From a virus: DNA of 64,000 nt. The stretch spans positions 47,488 through 111,487 of the IMG/VR virus record IMGVR_UViG_3300008267_000006. The stretch is one strand, 5' to 3'. Every line of letters begins with the position of its first letter. The stretch's first letter is position 1. Both the position numbers and the translations under genes were made by a program. Positions 9,708 to 19,580 of the stretch are shown piece after piece. Below the pieces are notes generated by a model. It ran no database searches, had not been told where the DNA came from, and worked only from the letters and a program-made list of their open reading frames with translations.

Positions 9708-10144
9708 TATAAATCCTCAAAAAATCCATGAATAATAAACGAACCAGTAATTTTACTAGTTCCTATAGTAAATAGAGAAATTATTAAATCTGTATTATTT
9801 GGAAGAGCAGAATTAGTTATAAATGTAGTAAAATTTTCTATTATATTTGTTTTAACACCCGTACTACCATTTTGTGTTAAACTACCAGATGAAATATATG
9901 CATTTAGATTACCAGCATATCCTAGATGGAATCTTGGTGCAGTAGCTGCTGTACCATCAGCTGTATTATAATGAAAAGTTGTTTTTGTTGGTATAAAATT
10001 TCCAAAATCATCACTACCAGAAAATATAGTATAAGTTCCAGCAGTAGAATTATTAATAATCTGTGACTTTAAATAAGCAAGTCTTGGTGGCGCAAAAGAT
10101 GATGTTAGCGAGCCAGAAATAAAAATAGAATTATTATTATACAT
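9707..10144 (-). CDS. Small beta-rich virion protein, paralogue 2 of 3
   Basis: SDDFGNFIPT motif and C-terminal IIHGFF. Confidence 0.65.
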   Translation of the reverse strand: MYNNNSIFISGSLTSSFAPPRLAYLKSQIINNSTAGTYTIFSGSDDFGNFIPTKTTFHYNTADGTAATAPRFHLGYAGNLNAYISSGSLTQNGSTGVKTNIIENFTTFITNSALPNNTDLIISLFTIGTSKITGSFIIHGFFEDL

Positions 10145-10152
10145 TCATTGTC

Positions 10153-10602
10153 CTATACATATATTCCAAACATCCATGTTCTAACCGATACTGTGTTTGT
10201 AGTAGATCCTATAGAATAATCTAAACCAATAGATGCTCCAGCTGAAATACTTGATGTGCCAGCGGCTGTTATTAAAGTAGCCATAACATAAGAACCTGGC
10301 AAAATAGTAGTGCTGCTTATTACAACAGAAGAATTAGATATTGTTGAATCTACTGCTATGCTTGGAGTAGTAGTATATAATCCAACATTTGTTATATTTG
10401 CTGTTGCTGTAGTTGTTGCAGATAATAAACAATGAACTACTCTTGTTGGTATGAATCTTCCGCGATCACTTTTTAAATTAAATAAAAATATTGGATATAT
10501 TGAAGAAGCATTTGTTGTTTTTGTCCAATCAGCTACATAGCAATCAAATGTACTTTCTAATAAGGATAAATATTTTGCGCTTATTATGGATGAATTTATC
10601 AT
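10153..10602 (-). CDS. Small beta-rich virion protein, paralogue 1 of 3
   Basis: SDRGRFIPT motif and C-terminal WMFGIY; TAATG-coupled to the 1956-aa fibre gene. Confidence 0.65.
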   Translation of the reverse strand: MINSSIISAKYLSLLESTFDCYVADWTKTTNASSIYPIFLFNLKSDRGRFIPTRVVHCLLSATTTATANITNVGLYTTTPSIAVDSTISNSSVVISSTTILPGSYVMATLITAAGTSSISAGASIGLDYSIGSTTNTVSVRTWMFGIYV

Positions 10603-13600
10603 TAAAATACCAACCAGTTAGTTCCATCAGATATAAAATTATATGATGTATATTGAGTATAGATTGTTAAACCGGTAGCTTGACCATCAATTGTCGCAGC
10701 TGAAGATGTAACAAATAAAGAAGAAGTATGTAAATTTTTGATAACAAACGCGCTTCCTTGAATACCAGCTGCGTTAGGCAATGTTCCAGTCAACGAGCTA
10801 CCACTAAATGCTATAATATAATCAGTAGAAGCTGTTAAGTTATAATTAGAAGTTTTTGTTGATATTGCTAACTTAACTCCACCGCCAACTTGTAATCCAT
10901 CTGATGTAATTAGACTTCCAGAAACAACAACGCTTCCAGTGTATACTTCTAATATGTTGCTTCTTGCAGCATTTGAAGTTCCATTACCAACAAGCATAAG
11001 TGCTGTTGAGCTTGTCGCATTATATTTACCTTCAACATGTTGATAAGAAGCAGAAGCAATTGTCCATAAACCTTCTGCATGTGAATAATCACCAGAAGCT
11101 GTTACCCATTGACCTTCTGCGTGCGATCCAATACCAGATGCTAAAGTTCCACTGCCCTCCGAATGCGCATAAGCGCCAGAAGTTACTGTTGAAATTCCTT
11201 CTGCGTGTGATCCTCTGTTGTTTGCAACGTTGCTGTTTCCATGAACAAGTATATATGCTTCAAGTGCTTTATTAGCATTTCCTAATGCAACAGAAGAGTT
11301 TCCACCTTGCGCCATATTGTTAGAACCAACAATTAATGAATAGGTGCTGCTGATTGAATTACCGCCGGTTATCGAACCAATAACAACTCTACCATCAGCA
11401 AAAATAGCTTGTCCCGTTCCTCTTTGTGTTATTTTTAATGCTTGCGTAGAATTATTGACTTCTATACTTGATGTAGCAGAACCTGTAATATTTAAGGATC
11501 CACTGATGTTAACTGACGCGGAAATATTTTGATTAGATGTAAATGTATTTATTGCAGCTAATCTAGCGAATGAAGAGGTAACATCAGCAGATTTAGCATA
11601 ATCAGTTAAATCTACAGTACCAGCAGATGCTGTTATAATACCTGTGTTATAATCTATTGAAATATTTTGTCCTGCAATAAATTGATTTCTTGCGTCTGTC
11701 GTAAAATTATCTATATTTGAAGCAGTAATATTTGTTATGTTTGTTCCAATACCATTAAATGAACCAGTTACGCCACCACTAGAAGAAATATTAGAAGTAA
11801 CTGTTAAAGAGCCTGTTATTATTTGATTGGCAGTAAAAGAGTTTTCATTTGATAATTTTGCATAAGGTTGTAGCGCGCTAGTTATTGCTCCAGATACTTG
11901 AACTGGGGTCGAAAACGAAGAAGAAACTCCGTCTAATGTTGCATAATTAGATAATATTAATCCACTTCCATCTCCATAGAATCCACCAGAAGATGAAATA
12001 GCGGCGGATGACGTTAAACTACCAGAAACTTTTAATCCTGGAAATATTTCTATATAATCTGTTACAAGATCGATTGGCGCATTGCCTTTTCTATACACTA
12101 TATGAGCTACAGAGTTTTGTTCGCCAGTTGTAATATCAGTACTTCCACTTCCATATAATAACCCTGCTCCATCTAAGAGTTCATGAGTATTACTTCCACT
12201 CATTATGGTTATATACTTATCACCAACAATTAATGATTGTTGATTTAATGTATTCAATAAAGCTATACTAGCAGTACCATTTACGATTATATCATTGCTG
12301 AATATGTTAGTTTGAGCAGCAAATGTATTAGCAGATCCTAATCTTGCATACGATGCAGTCAAATCTGTTTTTAGCCCAAAAGAACTGGAAACATCAGAAG
12401 ACTTAGCATATGGGTTAAGAGCACCAGTTATAGCGCCAGATACTTCAGATCTAATTGGAAAATCATTTATCGCTGATGTTATTGCGCTTGAAACTTGTGT
12501 TGGGATAACAAATGATGCAGAAACACCAGCTAATGTTGCGTAAGTTGTATTTGCTGTTGAAATTTCTAAATATGGAGTTAAAGCACCAGTTATTGCACCC
12601 GATACTTCACTTCTATTTGGTAAATTATTGATAGAGCTATTTATTGCACCAGTTACGCTTGCAGTTGTTGCATAAATTAATAATCTTTCATCAATAGCGC
12701 CAGTAACTTCTGATCTGATTGGATATTGCACTAATGAATCATTTATAGCTCCAGTTACACTAGATGTTGTTGCGTAAGGAACAAGAGCGTCATTAATTGC
12801 TCCAGTTACTTCAGATCTAATTGGAAAAGCAACTTGAGAAGCAGTTATAGCACCAGAAACTTGCATTTCAGTTGTAAATGAAGCAGAAACACCAACTAAT
12901 GTAGCGTATGTAGACTGTGCATTAGTTATCGTTAAATATGGAGTTAGCGCTCCAGTTATTGCCCCAGATACTTCGGTTCTTACTGTATAATTTTCTAATG
13001 AAGCTGTTATGGCCCCAGAAACTTGAACCGGTGTTGTGAAAGATGCAGAAACATTATCTGATATTGCATACGAATATAAACTTGATGTTATCGCTCCAGA
13101 AATTTCACTTCTTACTGCATAATTTTCCAGTGAAGCGGTTATAGCCCCAGAAGTTTGAGTGTGGGTTGTAAACGATGAAGATAGATCGGTCTTTGTAACA
13201 TAATTAATTAATGAATCATTTATTGCACCAGTTACGCTAGATGTAAGAGCATACGGAATAAGTGATTCGCTAATAGCACCAGTAATTTCTGTTCTAAGCT
13301 GATTATTAGAAGACGTAATCGTTGCACTTATTTGAGTAGGTGTTGTATAGGTTGTTTGTGCGTTTGATATAGTTAGATAAGGAGTTAAAGCACCAGTTAT
13401 TGCTCCAGATACTTCAGATCTATTTGAAAAATCTCCAATAGCGGATGTTATTGCGCTAGAGACTTGGGTTGGAATAACGAACGAAGATGAAACTCCGTCT
13501 AAAGTTGCGTAAATTATTTGTGCATTATTTATAGTTAAATATGGTGTTAATGCACCCGTTATAGCACCGGATACCTCTAATCTATTTCCAAACGAAGAAG

Positions 13601-16472
13601 ATATTTCATCTCTTGTTGCAAAATTTATTATTGCAAAGTTTATCGCCCCAGTTACACTAGATGTTGTTGCATAAGGTACTAATGCATCGTTTATAGCTCC
13701 AGTTGTTTCTATTCTGGTTGGGAAATTACTAATTGCTGAGTTTATGGCTCCAGTAACGCTTGATGTTGTTGCATATGGAGATAAATCAATATTATAATAA
13801 GACGCAGTAAGAGCAAAACTTGAAGTTCCGGCAAAACTACTTACTGTGCTTGATGTGTATTCATTAAAACTTGAAGTTAATAAGTAATTTGTTTTTTCAA
13901 ATCCTTCTAGATTTGAAGAAGTAAGAGAATTCGTTGCAAAGCTTGAAGTAAGCGGATATCCATTAACCCATTTTGTTCCATTATATACTAATGCTTCACC
14001 TGGTTGTTGTGATTGTAAAAGAACGTCGGTTAGGCTACCTAAATTTGTAATTAATGGTGTGCCAGATGAACCTCCACCGGCTCCAGAAGCTCCTCTAAAT
14101 AAACCAGCTTGATAAATTCTAGCTATTGTATTATTTGTGAAGTTAGCAGCATTTCCTCTCATAACTGCATATCCAACTAATATGGCGCTGGTTGCAGTAT
14201 TAGCTCCTTCTGTAAATTTTTCTGTATTTATGCTTGCTATCGCATCATCTAAGCTTGCATATTTTGCTTGACCATAATATGCAAATAAAGCACCATTTAC
14301 AGCTCTTGGGAACCAATAAATTCTTTGAACTGTATATTCGCTATTACCTACAGAGGATAATACAGATCCGTTTTGATATTGAGTTGGATCAAGTGAAGTA
14401 TATCCAGCATTTAAAACTCCAGTATCTATTTTTGGAGTTGAGCCGCTCATATATTGACGGTAAATCTTAGATACAGTTACCGCTTGATCATTTTCAGATG
14501 TAATTATGTTAGGAATATTTGGATTATTTGAATAATTTCTTCCTTCAACATATGAATCGCCATTTGTTTTTGTAAGAGATAAACTGGTTGATCCGCTTGC
14601 TTCTAATACGTGACCACTAATTTTTAATGGACCAAATGCTCTTATAAAATCAAGAGTATTAGAGCCTATTCCATAAGCACTTGGTGAAGTATTAAAAGCG
14701 CCATTTGTAATAGAACCGCTTTGATGTAAAACTCTTCCTAAATAAATTCTATCTTTAAATTCAGTAAAAGAAGGAGGATTAGTTGATTGTATTATTCCAC
14801 CATTAGAGCCAATGGATACATATGTTATTTCATCCGTTAAAATGTGATCAAGAGATACACCAGTTGATGTAGGCCAAGAAACAAAATTAACAGTAGGATA
14901 AGGATCGGATGAAGTTGATGCATTAAAAGAAACAATTAATCCAGAACCAGATAAAACATTAAACGTAGTGCTTCCATTTGTTGTAGATAGGATACCACCA
15001 TGTAATAGTCCTGTATTAAGTAAACCTTCTAGCCACCTCAATCTAATTGTATTTGTATATGGACCCTGGTATTGAGTAAAATATACATCGTTTGTTGAAC
15101 CCGATGTATAAATATATGAAGCTGTTGTATTAGTCGGTATGCTTGTTACTGTTACTGGTAGTAACTGTAAGTACGTATTTATTGATGCTTTATCTGTTGC
15201 AAAGAATGTTGAAGCGGTTAAGTTTGTAAAATTTCCAGTCGTGCCGCTAATAGTTGTTGCGATAACTGATGATAAAGAAATGTTATCTTTTAATCCAATT
15301 GGATCAGATAATTTGCCGCTTCCGGTTATATTTCCATTTGTTGCAGCACCAGTTATATAATTTGTTAAAGCTCCAGTAATAGCTCCAGAAACTTGTTGAG
15401 GCACAACAAAGGTTCCAGAAACTCCGGTTAAAGTAGCAAAAGAAGAGGAGACATTATCAGATATTGCATATGGATGTAGAGCAGCTGTTATAGCACCAGA
15501 TACTTGAAAGCGATCTGCAAATGAAGCAGATAGATTTTCTATAGTTACAAAAGTTCCAGATACACCACTTAGTGTAGCATATGAAGCAGTGACGCCATTT
15601 AGTGTAGCAAAAGTGCCAGAAACTCCAGATAATGTTGCATATGTTGATTGTGCGTTTGTTATCAATAAATATGGAGTTAATGCTCCAGTTATTGCTCCAG
15701 ATACTTCGGTTCTTACTGTATAATTTTCTAATGATGAAGTTATCGCCCCAGATACTTCTACTCTCTCAGCAAAATTAATTGTTGATGAAGTTATTGCACC
15801 GGAAACTTGATTTGGTGTAGCAAAAGAGCTTGAGATATTATCTGAAATTGCATAAATTTGTAATGCACCAGTTATCGCACCACTTACTTCTGATCTACTT
15901 GAAAAATTAATTATAGAAGCAGTTATAGCACCAGAAACTTGAACTGGGGTTGTGAATGAACTTGAAACATTATCTGAAACAGCATAAATCTGCAAGCTTG
16001 AAGTTATTGCACCGGAAACTTCATTTCTCGTTGAAAAATCTTGTATTGAAGAAGTAATAGCACCAGAAACACTTGATGGAATAACAAAAGTACCAGATAC
16101 GCCTGTTAAAGTAGCATAATTAACTAAATTATTTACAGCTGATTCTGGAATATTATATAATCCAGCGCCATCTCCAACAAAAGATGCGGAAACACCAGAA
16201 GCACTTATATTTGTGGATACGCTTAATGTTCCATTTATTTGTGCAGCCGATGCAGTTAATTTTTGAATACTTATATCGTCTAATAATGTAACAGGATTTC
16301 CAGAAGTTCCGCTTCCGGTTATATTTCCTGATGTTTTTACTGTTATTGAACCACCAGCACCAACATCTCCAGCAATCCATGATTGTTTTGGTTCGGACCA
16401 AACAAGAGCTTGACCATCAGAACCAGTTACATAGGGTATACCATATACTGAAAATCCGTCATTAAAAGACAT
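10602..16472 (-). CDS. 1956-aa repeat-rich fibre/adhesin-like protein with YadA-head-type repeats
   Basis: Dozens of (E/Q)V(S/T)GAI(T/N) repeats in two blocks, four (S/A)HAEG/HSEG 14-residue repeats near the C-terminus, and a terminal TKTSNY...TLP...IKN...IDG...SDGTNW fibre domain. Confidence 0.85.
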   Translation of the reverse strand: MSFNDGFSVYGIPYVTGSDGQALVWSEPKQSWIAGDVGAGGSITVKTSGNITGSGTSGNPVTLLDDISIQKLTASAAQINGTLSVSTNISASGVSASFVGDGAGLYNIPESAVNNLVNYATLTGVSGTFVIPSSVSGAITSSIQDFSTRNEVSGAITSSLQIYAVSDNVSSSFTTPVQVSGAITASIINFSSRSEVSGAITGALQIYAISDNISSSFATPNQVSGAITSSTINFAERVEVSGAITSSLENYTVRTEVSGAITGALTPYLLITNAQSTYATLSGVSGTFATLNGVTASYATLSGVSGTFVTIENLSASFADRFQVSGAITAALHPYAISDNVSSSFATLTGVSGTFVVPQQVSGAITGALTNYITGAATNGNITGSGKLSDPIGLKDNISLSSVIATTISGTTGNFTNLTASTFFATDKASINTYLQLLPVTVTSIPTNTTASYIYTSGSTNDVYFTQYQGPYTNTIRLRWLEGLLNTGLLHGGILSTTNGSTTFNVLSGSGLIVSFNASTSSDPYPTVNFVSWPTSTGVSLDHILTDEITYVSIGSNGGIIQSTNPPSFTEFKDRIYLGRVLHQSGSITNGAFNTSPSAYGIGSNTLDFIRAFGPLKISGHVLEASGSTSLSLTKTNGDSYVEGRNYSNNPNIPNIITSENDQAVTVSKIYRQYMSGSTPKIDTGVLNAGYTSLDPTQYQNGSVLSSVGNSEYTVQRIYWFPRAVNGALFAYYGQAKYASLDDAIASINTEKFTEGANTATSAILVGYAVMRGNAANFTNNTIARIYQAGLFRGASGAGGGSSGTPLITNLGSLTDVLLQSQQPGEALVYNGTKWVNGYPLTSSFATNSLTSSNLEGFEKTNYLLTSSFNEYTSSTVSSFAGTSSFALTASYYNIDLSPYATTSSVTGAINSAISNFPTRIETTGAINDALVPYATTSSVTGAINFAIINFATRDEISSSFGNRLEVSGAITGALTPYLTINNAQIIYATLDGVSSSFVIPTQVSSAITSAIGDFSNRSEVSGAITGALTPYLTISNAQTTYTTPTQISATITSSNNQLRTEITGAISESLIPYALTSSVTGAINDSLINYVTKTDLSSSFTTHTQTSGAITASLENYAVRSEISGAITSSLYSYAISDNVSASFTTPVQVSGAITASLENYTVRTEVSGAITGALTPYLTITNAQSTYATLVGVSASFTTEMQVSGAITASQVAFPIRSEVTGAINDALVPYATTSSVTGAINDSLVQYPIRSEVTGAIDERLLIYATTASVTGAINSSINNLPNRSEVSGAITGALTPYLEISTANTTYATLAGVSASFVIPTQVSSAITSAINDFPIRSEVSGAITGALNPYAKSSDVSSSFGLKTDLTASYARLGSANTFAAQTNIFSNDIIVNGTASIALLNTLNQQSLIVGDKYITIMSGSNTHELLDGAGLLYGSGSTDITTGEQNSVAHIVYRKGNAPIDLVTDYIEIFPGLKVSGSLTSSAAISSSGGFYGDGSGLILSNYATLDGVSSSFSTPVQVSGAITSALQPYAKLSNENSFTANQIITGSLTVTSNISSSGGVTGSFNGIGTNITNITASNIDNFTTDARNQFIAGQNISIDYNTGIITASAGTVDLTDYAKSADVTSSFARLAAINTFTSNQNISASVNISGSLNITGSATSSIEVNNSTQALKITQRGTGQAIFADGRVVIGSITGGNSISSTYSLIVGSNNMAQGGNSSVALGNANKALEAYILVHGNSNVANNRGSHAEGISTVTSGAYAHSEGSGTLASGIGSHAEGQWVTASGDYSHAEGLWTIASASYQHVEGKYNATSSTALMLVGNGTSNAARSNILEVYTGSVVVSGSLITSDGLQVGGGVKLAISTKTSNYNLTASTDYIIAFSGSSLTGTLPNAAGIQGSAFVIKNLHTSSLFVTSSAATIDGQATGLTIYTQYTSYNFISDGTNWLVF
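12400..13780 (-). repeat. Degenerate coding repeat block 2 (VSGAIT/VTGAIN units) of the large fibre
   Basis: Repeated units such as RSEVSGAITGALTPY and YATTSSVTGAIN; boundaries approximate. Confidence 0.85.
15360..16120 (-). repeat. Degenerate coding repeat block 1 (VSGAIT units) of the large fibre
   Basis: Same unit family; shares the exact DNA stretch ccagatacttcggttcttactgtataattttctaatga with block 2. Boundaries approximate. Confidence 0.85.
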
Positions 16473-16490
16473 TCTTTATTTTTCCTTGTA

Positions 16491-16889
16491 TTAACCAACT
16501 CCAGCAGAGCCAGACCAGTTATTTGGTAAATTAGAACTATCAATGCCAGTTAAACCAGCAATAATAGAAGCAGATACTTGTGATCCATTGTTTGAACGGA
16601 TATAGAGTTCTGTAATTCTAATGTCTGCTTGAAAAGATTCACCTTTGGATAAAAGGAAATAATGATTAGTATCTTTTAGGCCATTTGCACTAAAACCAAC
16701 CCGTAAATCAACTGAAGTTGAATTTATATTTTTTATAACTATTGATTTAGTTACATTTGGAAATTTTATTTGTAGAGGTTCAGACGAATTAACTGGGGCA
16801 ACTGAAGAAGTTACCCAAGGCATACCAGAAATTTGATAACTTCCTACGCTTCCTATACCTGGTTGTGGTGTATAATACGGATTTGCCAT
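16491..16889 (-). CDS. Hypothetical small beta-rich virion protein
   Basis: 132 aa, GIGSVGSYQISG.PW motif; coupled to the protease gene. Confidence 0.7.
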   Translation of the reverse strand: MANPYYTPQPGIGSVGSYQISGMPWVTSSVAPVNSSEPLQIKFPNVTKSIVIKNINSTSVDLRVGFSANGLKDTNHYFLLSKGESFQADIRITELYIRSNNGSQVSASIIAGLTGIDSSNLPNNWSGSAGVG

Positions 16890-16890
16890 T

Positions 16891-17496
16891 TTATTTTCTC
16901 ACTATGTCATTAAGCAAACGATTTAAACGATCTGCTTTTGTAAATATTTCTTCTTCTTTTCTTACTTTTCCTTCACTCATCATAAAAGCGCCAGGAGTAG
17001 AAGGTTCTTGTACGAAATCAAAACAAATAAGTTGAAAATCATCTTCAACAATTGTTTTACCACTTTCTTTTCTTGTTGAACCTAAACCACGGGAACTAAT
17101 ACCTAATTTAACTCCACCTTTAACAAGATTTTTTAATATATTGCCAGATGGCGTATCAAGAACTTTTACCTTGCCCATTACGTTATTGCCGTCCCACCAC
17201 ATTTTTGTAACCATGTGTGAAACATTTTTTAAATTAATAACAGAATCGTCTGGATGATCTAATTCTCCTAACGCTCTACTATCTTGAATAATTTTTTGAT
17301 AATTTTCAACTTCTCTATCTAAAATTTTTCTAGAATAAACACGACCGTTACCATTTTCTTGATCACATTTTTGCATTATGCCGGTTAACATTAAACCGCC
17401 GCCTCTAACAAAAACTTTTTCTTCTTCTGTCAAAAGATCTTGACAGACTCCACCTTCACAAAGTGAATAATATTCTCTAAGAAGCTGTTTGCTCAT
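16891..17496 (-). CDS. Prohead core protease (T4 gp21-like)
   Basis: NGNGRVY, ALGELDHP, VSH, LDTPSG, LGISSRGLGS and DFVQEPSTPGA motifs. Confidence 0.97.
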   Translation of the reverse strand: MSKQLLREYYSLCEGGVCQDLLTEEEKVFVRGGGLMLTGIMQKCDQENGNGRVYSRKILDREVENYQKIIQDSRALGELDHPDDSVINLKNVSHMVTKMWWDGNNVMGKVKVLDTPSGNILKNLVKGGVKLGISSRGLGSTRKESGKTIVEDDFQLICFDFVQEPSTPGAFMMSEGKVRKEEEIFTKADRLNRLLNDIVRK

Positions 17497-17750
17497 TATT
17501 GTACCTGAACTCCAAAAGTTTTTAGGTATGCAACAATTTTAGCATGAGATTGCGGATTCATGGATTTAATCGCAGCTAACGCTTGTGCTAGTTCTGGTGG
17601 AGGTGGTGTTGCTGGCTTTGCTGGCTGCGCTGGAGCTGCTGCTGGCGCTGCGGGTGCTGGCGTTCCGGCTGGTGCTGGTGCTGCGGGAGCAGTTGCTTCA
17701 AGCAAATGCTTTCTTACTAATTTTTTTAATATATTTTTAGAAATTTCCAT
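17496..17750 (-). CDS. Pro/Ala-rich hypothetical protein, putative internal head protein
   Basis: N-terminal MEISKNILKKLVRKHLLE followed by a PAAPA linker; SD AGGA. Confidence 0.65.
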   Translation of the reverse strand: MEISKNILKKLVRKHLLEATAPAAPAPAGTPAPAAPAAAPAQPAKPATPPPPELAQALAAIKSMNPQSHAKIVAYLKTFGVQVQ

Positions 17751-17775
17751 TTTATTTTCCTAACTTAAAATTAGT

Positions 17776-17811
17776 TATAGCCCTGTAGATTTTTTTCTCT
17801 ACAGGGCTATA
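17776..17811. other. Perfect 14-bp stem-loop directly after the CC-peptide stop codon (terminator or mRNA stabiliser)
   Basis: TATAGCCCTGTAGA-N8-TCTACAGGGCTATA; the minus-strand U-tract is weak. Confidence 0.7.
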
Positions 17812-17812
17812 G

Positions 17813-17887
17813 TTAATTACCAGAACAACAATGACGTACTGGTCTTACCATGCGACGAACATAAGTAATATCTTGTTTTTCACGCAT
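17813..17887 (-). CDS. Unannotated 24-aa peptide MREKQDITYVRRMVRPVRHCCSGN
   Basis: Preceded by ACTATTTATA (17911-17920) and SD GGAGGTGA; followed immediately by a 14-bp hairpin. Confidence 0.65.
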   Translation of the reverse strand: MREKQDITYVRRMVRPVRHCCSGN

Positions 17888-17910
17888 CGATAATCATCAC
17901 CTCCATTCAG

Positions 17911-17920
17911 TATAAATAGT
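17911..17920 (-). promoter_or_regulatory. Putative late promoter ACTATTTATA upstream of the 24-aa peptide
   Basis: Exact copy of the recurrent motif. Confidence 0.65.
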
Positions 17921-17923
17921 GAA

Positions 17924-18217
17924 TTATTCATTCTTTTTCACTTTTATTGTTAAACCGTCGTCATCTGCCATCCTACTGATTAAATAGGATGTTCCCGACG
18001 AAATACACCCAGATAAAAAGCTACCAATGATAAAATCGTTAAAAAAATCCATATCAAGTAGTAGCATAAGTGTATTTACGAATATACCTACCCAGAAACC
18101 AACACACATCGTGCAATGAAAAAAGTGATGCTTTGGTCTTATCTTTTCAAATATCTTTGAATAGACAAGAACCATTGTCATTCCATAACATGCTAATATA
18201 AAAGCTAATAAATTCAT
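17924..18217 (-). CDS. Small membrane protein with CxxC (DUF1360-like)
   Basis: About three hydrophobic segments and an FHCTMCVGFWVG motif. Confidence 0.7.
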   Translation of the reverse strand: MNLLAFILACYGMTMVLVYSKIFEKIRPKHHFFHCTMCVGFWVGIFVNTLMLLLDMDFFNDFIIGSFLSGCISSGTSYLISRMADDDGLTIKVKKNE

Positions 18218-18225
18218 ATTATTTC

Positions 18226-18750
18226 CTAATAATTATAACGATAAATACCGCGAGTTGGGAAGCCATATTTTGGAATACTTCCTTTAAACTCCTCTTGTGG
18301 AACTTCTCCAAGTTCAGTAGAGTCTTCTAGATCTGGCTCTAGTAGAGATTTTTCATAATCTTCTTCAAATTCTTTTTCTTTATTTAATATTGGCATCTCA
18401 TCTTCTATAAAGTTTGCAACATTATACACAACAACTTGTAAAACATCTTCTCCACCTGGAGATTTTTGTGGATATGAACCTTGTAAAGATCCGTATACAT
18501 TACCAGCAGTTACTGATTCTGGTAAAATAACGCCTTTTTTAACCATATAATTAAATAATTTTTCTTGGAGACTATAAACCTTATCTGTTTGTTCGTCTTT
18601 TGGTAATACAAGAACCTTAAATTTTTGTGGTAGCACAATAACATCTATTTCTGGATGTTCGTGTAATAAATAATCTCCAGAAAGAGTTCTTTTGATCATT
18701 AACTCTTTTTGTAGACCGGTTTTTTTATCTTTGATAGAGATTCTTAACAT
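18226..18750 (-). CDS. Hypothetical protein in head-assembly operon
   Basis: 174-aa ORF coupled to the upstream gene; EDSTELGEVPQ motif. Confidence 0.7.
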   Translation of the reverse strand: MLRISIKDKKTGLQKELMIKRTLSGDYLLHEHPEIDVIVLPQKFKVLVLPKDEQTDKVYSLQEKLFNYMVKKGVILPESVTAGNVYGSLQGSYPQKSPGGEDVLQVVVYNVANFIEDEMPILNKEKEFEEDYEKSLLEPDLEDSTELGEVPQEEFKGSIPKYGFPTRGIYRYNY

Positions 18751-19580
18751 TAATTTGCTACCTCTTTAACAAATTGTTGAATTTTTAGAATTTTTTCAAG
18801 CATGTCTTGAGAAATATCTTTTACATCTTTAAAATTATTTAAAAAATTAAGAGTTTTTAAAGTTTTTTCTTTCATACTTGGATCTTTCTTAATATCCTCT
18901 GAATCCATAGACTCAGAGACTGCTTTTTTTAAGCGATCTAACTCTTCGTTTAGATATACTTTAAATTCTATCATGTTATTTGAGAAAGAATTAATATAAT
19001 TTGTTAATAATTCTTTCTGTTCGCTTAATAAGCCACTGTATTTCTCATTAAATTTTTTTGTGAACGTCTTTAAGAGAAAATTATCAACTGGTTGTAGGTT
19101 TTTTTGCTCTTTTTTATCGTTTACTATCTTTATTTTTTCTAAAATAACTTTTTCTAATAAAATTTTATCTTTTACTTTTGTTTTTGGATTAAAAACAAGA
19201 GAAATAGTTGCTAAATCTTTATAATTTGGAACAAAATTATTAAATACGTTCTGTCCAAGAGATTTATTTATTTTGTTAATTAGTCTGGATTGTTCATTAA
19301 ATATTTTTGTAGGATTTAAGCGAAAATATCTATTTTCAACCTCTTTTAAAAACGATTCTGCTAATTCTTCTTCAACAGTATTATCTTTTAAAGAAGAATA
19401 AAGCTCTAATTCTTTATATAATTCTGTTTTTTGAGAAAAATATTCAACAATAATAGATTTTATCTCTTTTGCTCTAGTAATATTTTTTTCTAGTGCTGCT
19501 TTTGTGCCTTCTCTTAAAAGAACTTCGTAAAGAAAAGCGGTATTTCTTTTCTTATTATGATTCATCTTTTTTGTCTCCAA
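18750..19580 (-). CDS. Hypothetical protein directly downstream of portal (possible prohead core component)
   Basis: 276-aa helical protein starting HNKKRNTAFLYE; overlaps the portal 3' end. Confidence 0.7.
   Translation of the reverse strand: METKKMNHNKKRNTAFLYEVLLREGTKAALEKNITRAKEIKSIIVEYFSQKTELYKELELYSSLKDNTVEEELAESFLKEVENRYFRLNPTKIFNEQSRLINKINKSLGQNVFNNFVPNYKDLATISLVFNPKTKVKDKILLEKVILEKIKIVNDKKEQKNLQPVDNFLLKTFTKKFNEKYSGLLSEQKELLTNYINSFSNNMIEFKVYLNEELDRLKKAVSESMDSEDIKKDPSMKEKTLKTLNFLNNFKDVKDISQDMLEKILKIQQFVKEVAN

Noticed and set aside
10602-11400. Bacterial trimeric autotransporter adhesin
   Set aside because: YadA-like head repeats are present but there is no signal peptide or C-terminal beta-barrel anchor, and the context is a phage structural operon.
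12400-16120. Repeats as a CRISPR array or DGR template/variable repeat pair
   Set aside because: Repeats are in-frame, degenerate and protein-coding, with no constant repeat-spacer pattern; no adenine-specific mismatch pattern was noticed and there is no reverse transcriptase in the window.
17776-17815. Stop codon followed by hairpin as a selenocysteine/pyrrolysine recoding signal
   Set aside because: The stop is TAA, not TGA or TAG, and the hairpin is a plain perfect stem.
2718-17920. TATAAATA on the plus strand read as T4 late promoters driving antisense transcription
   Set aside because: No plus-strand genes follow these copies, and the one real plus-strand gene has the opposite orientation upstream, so the functional reading is ACTATTTATA.
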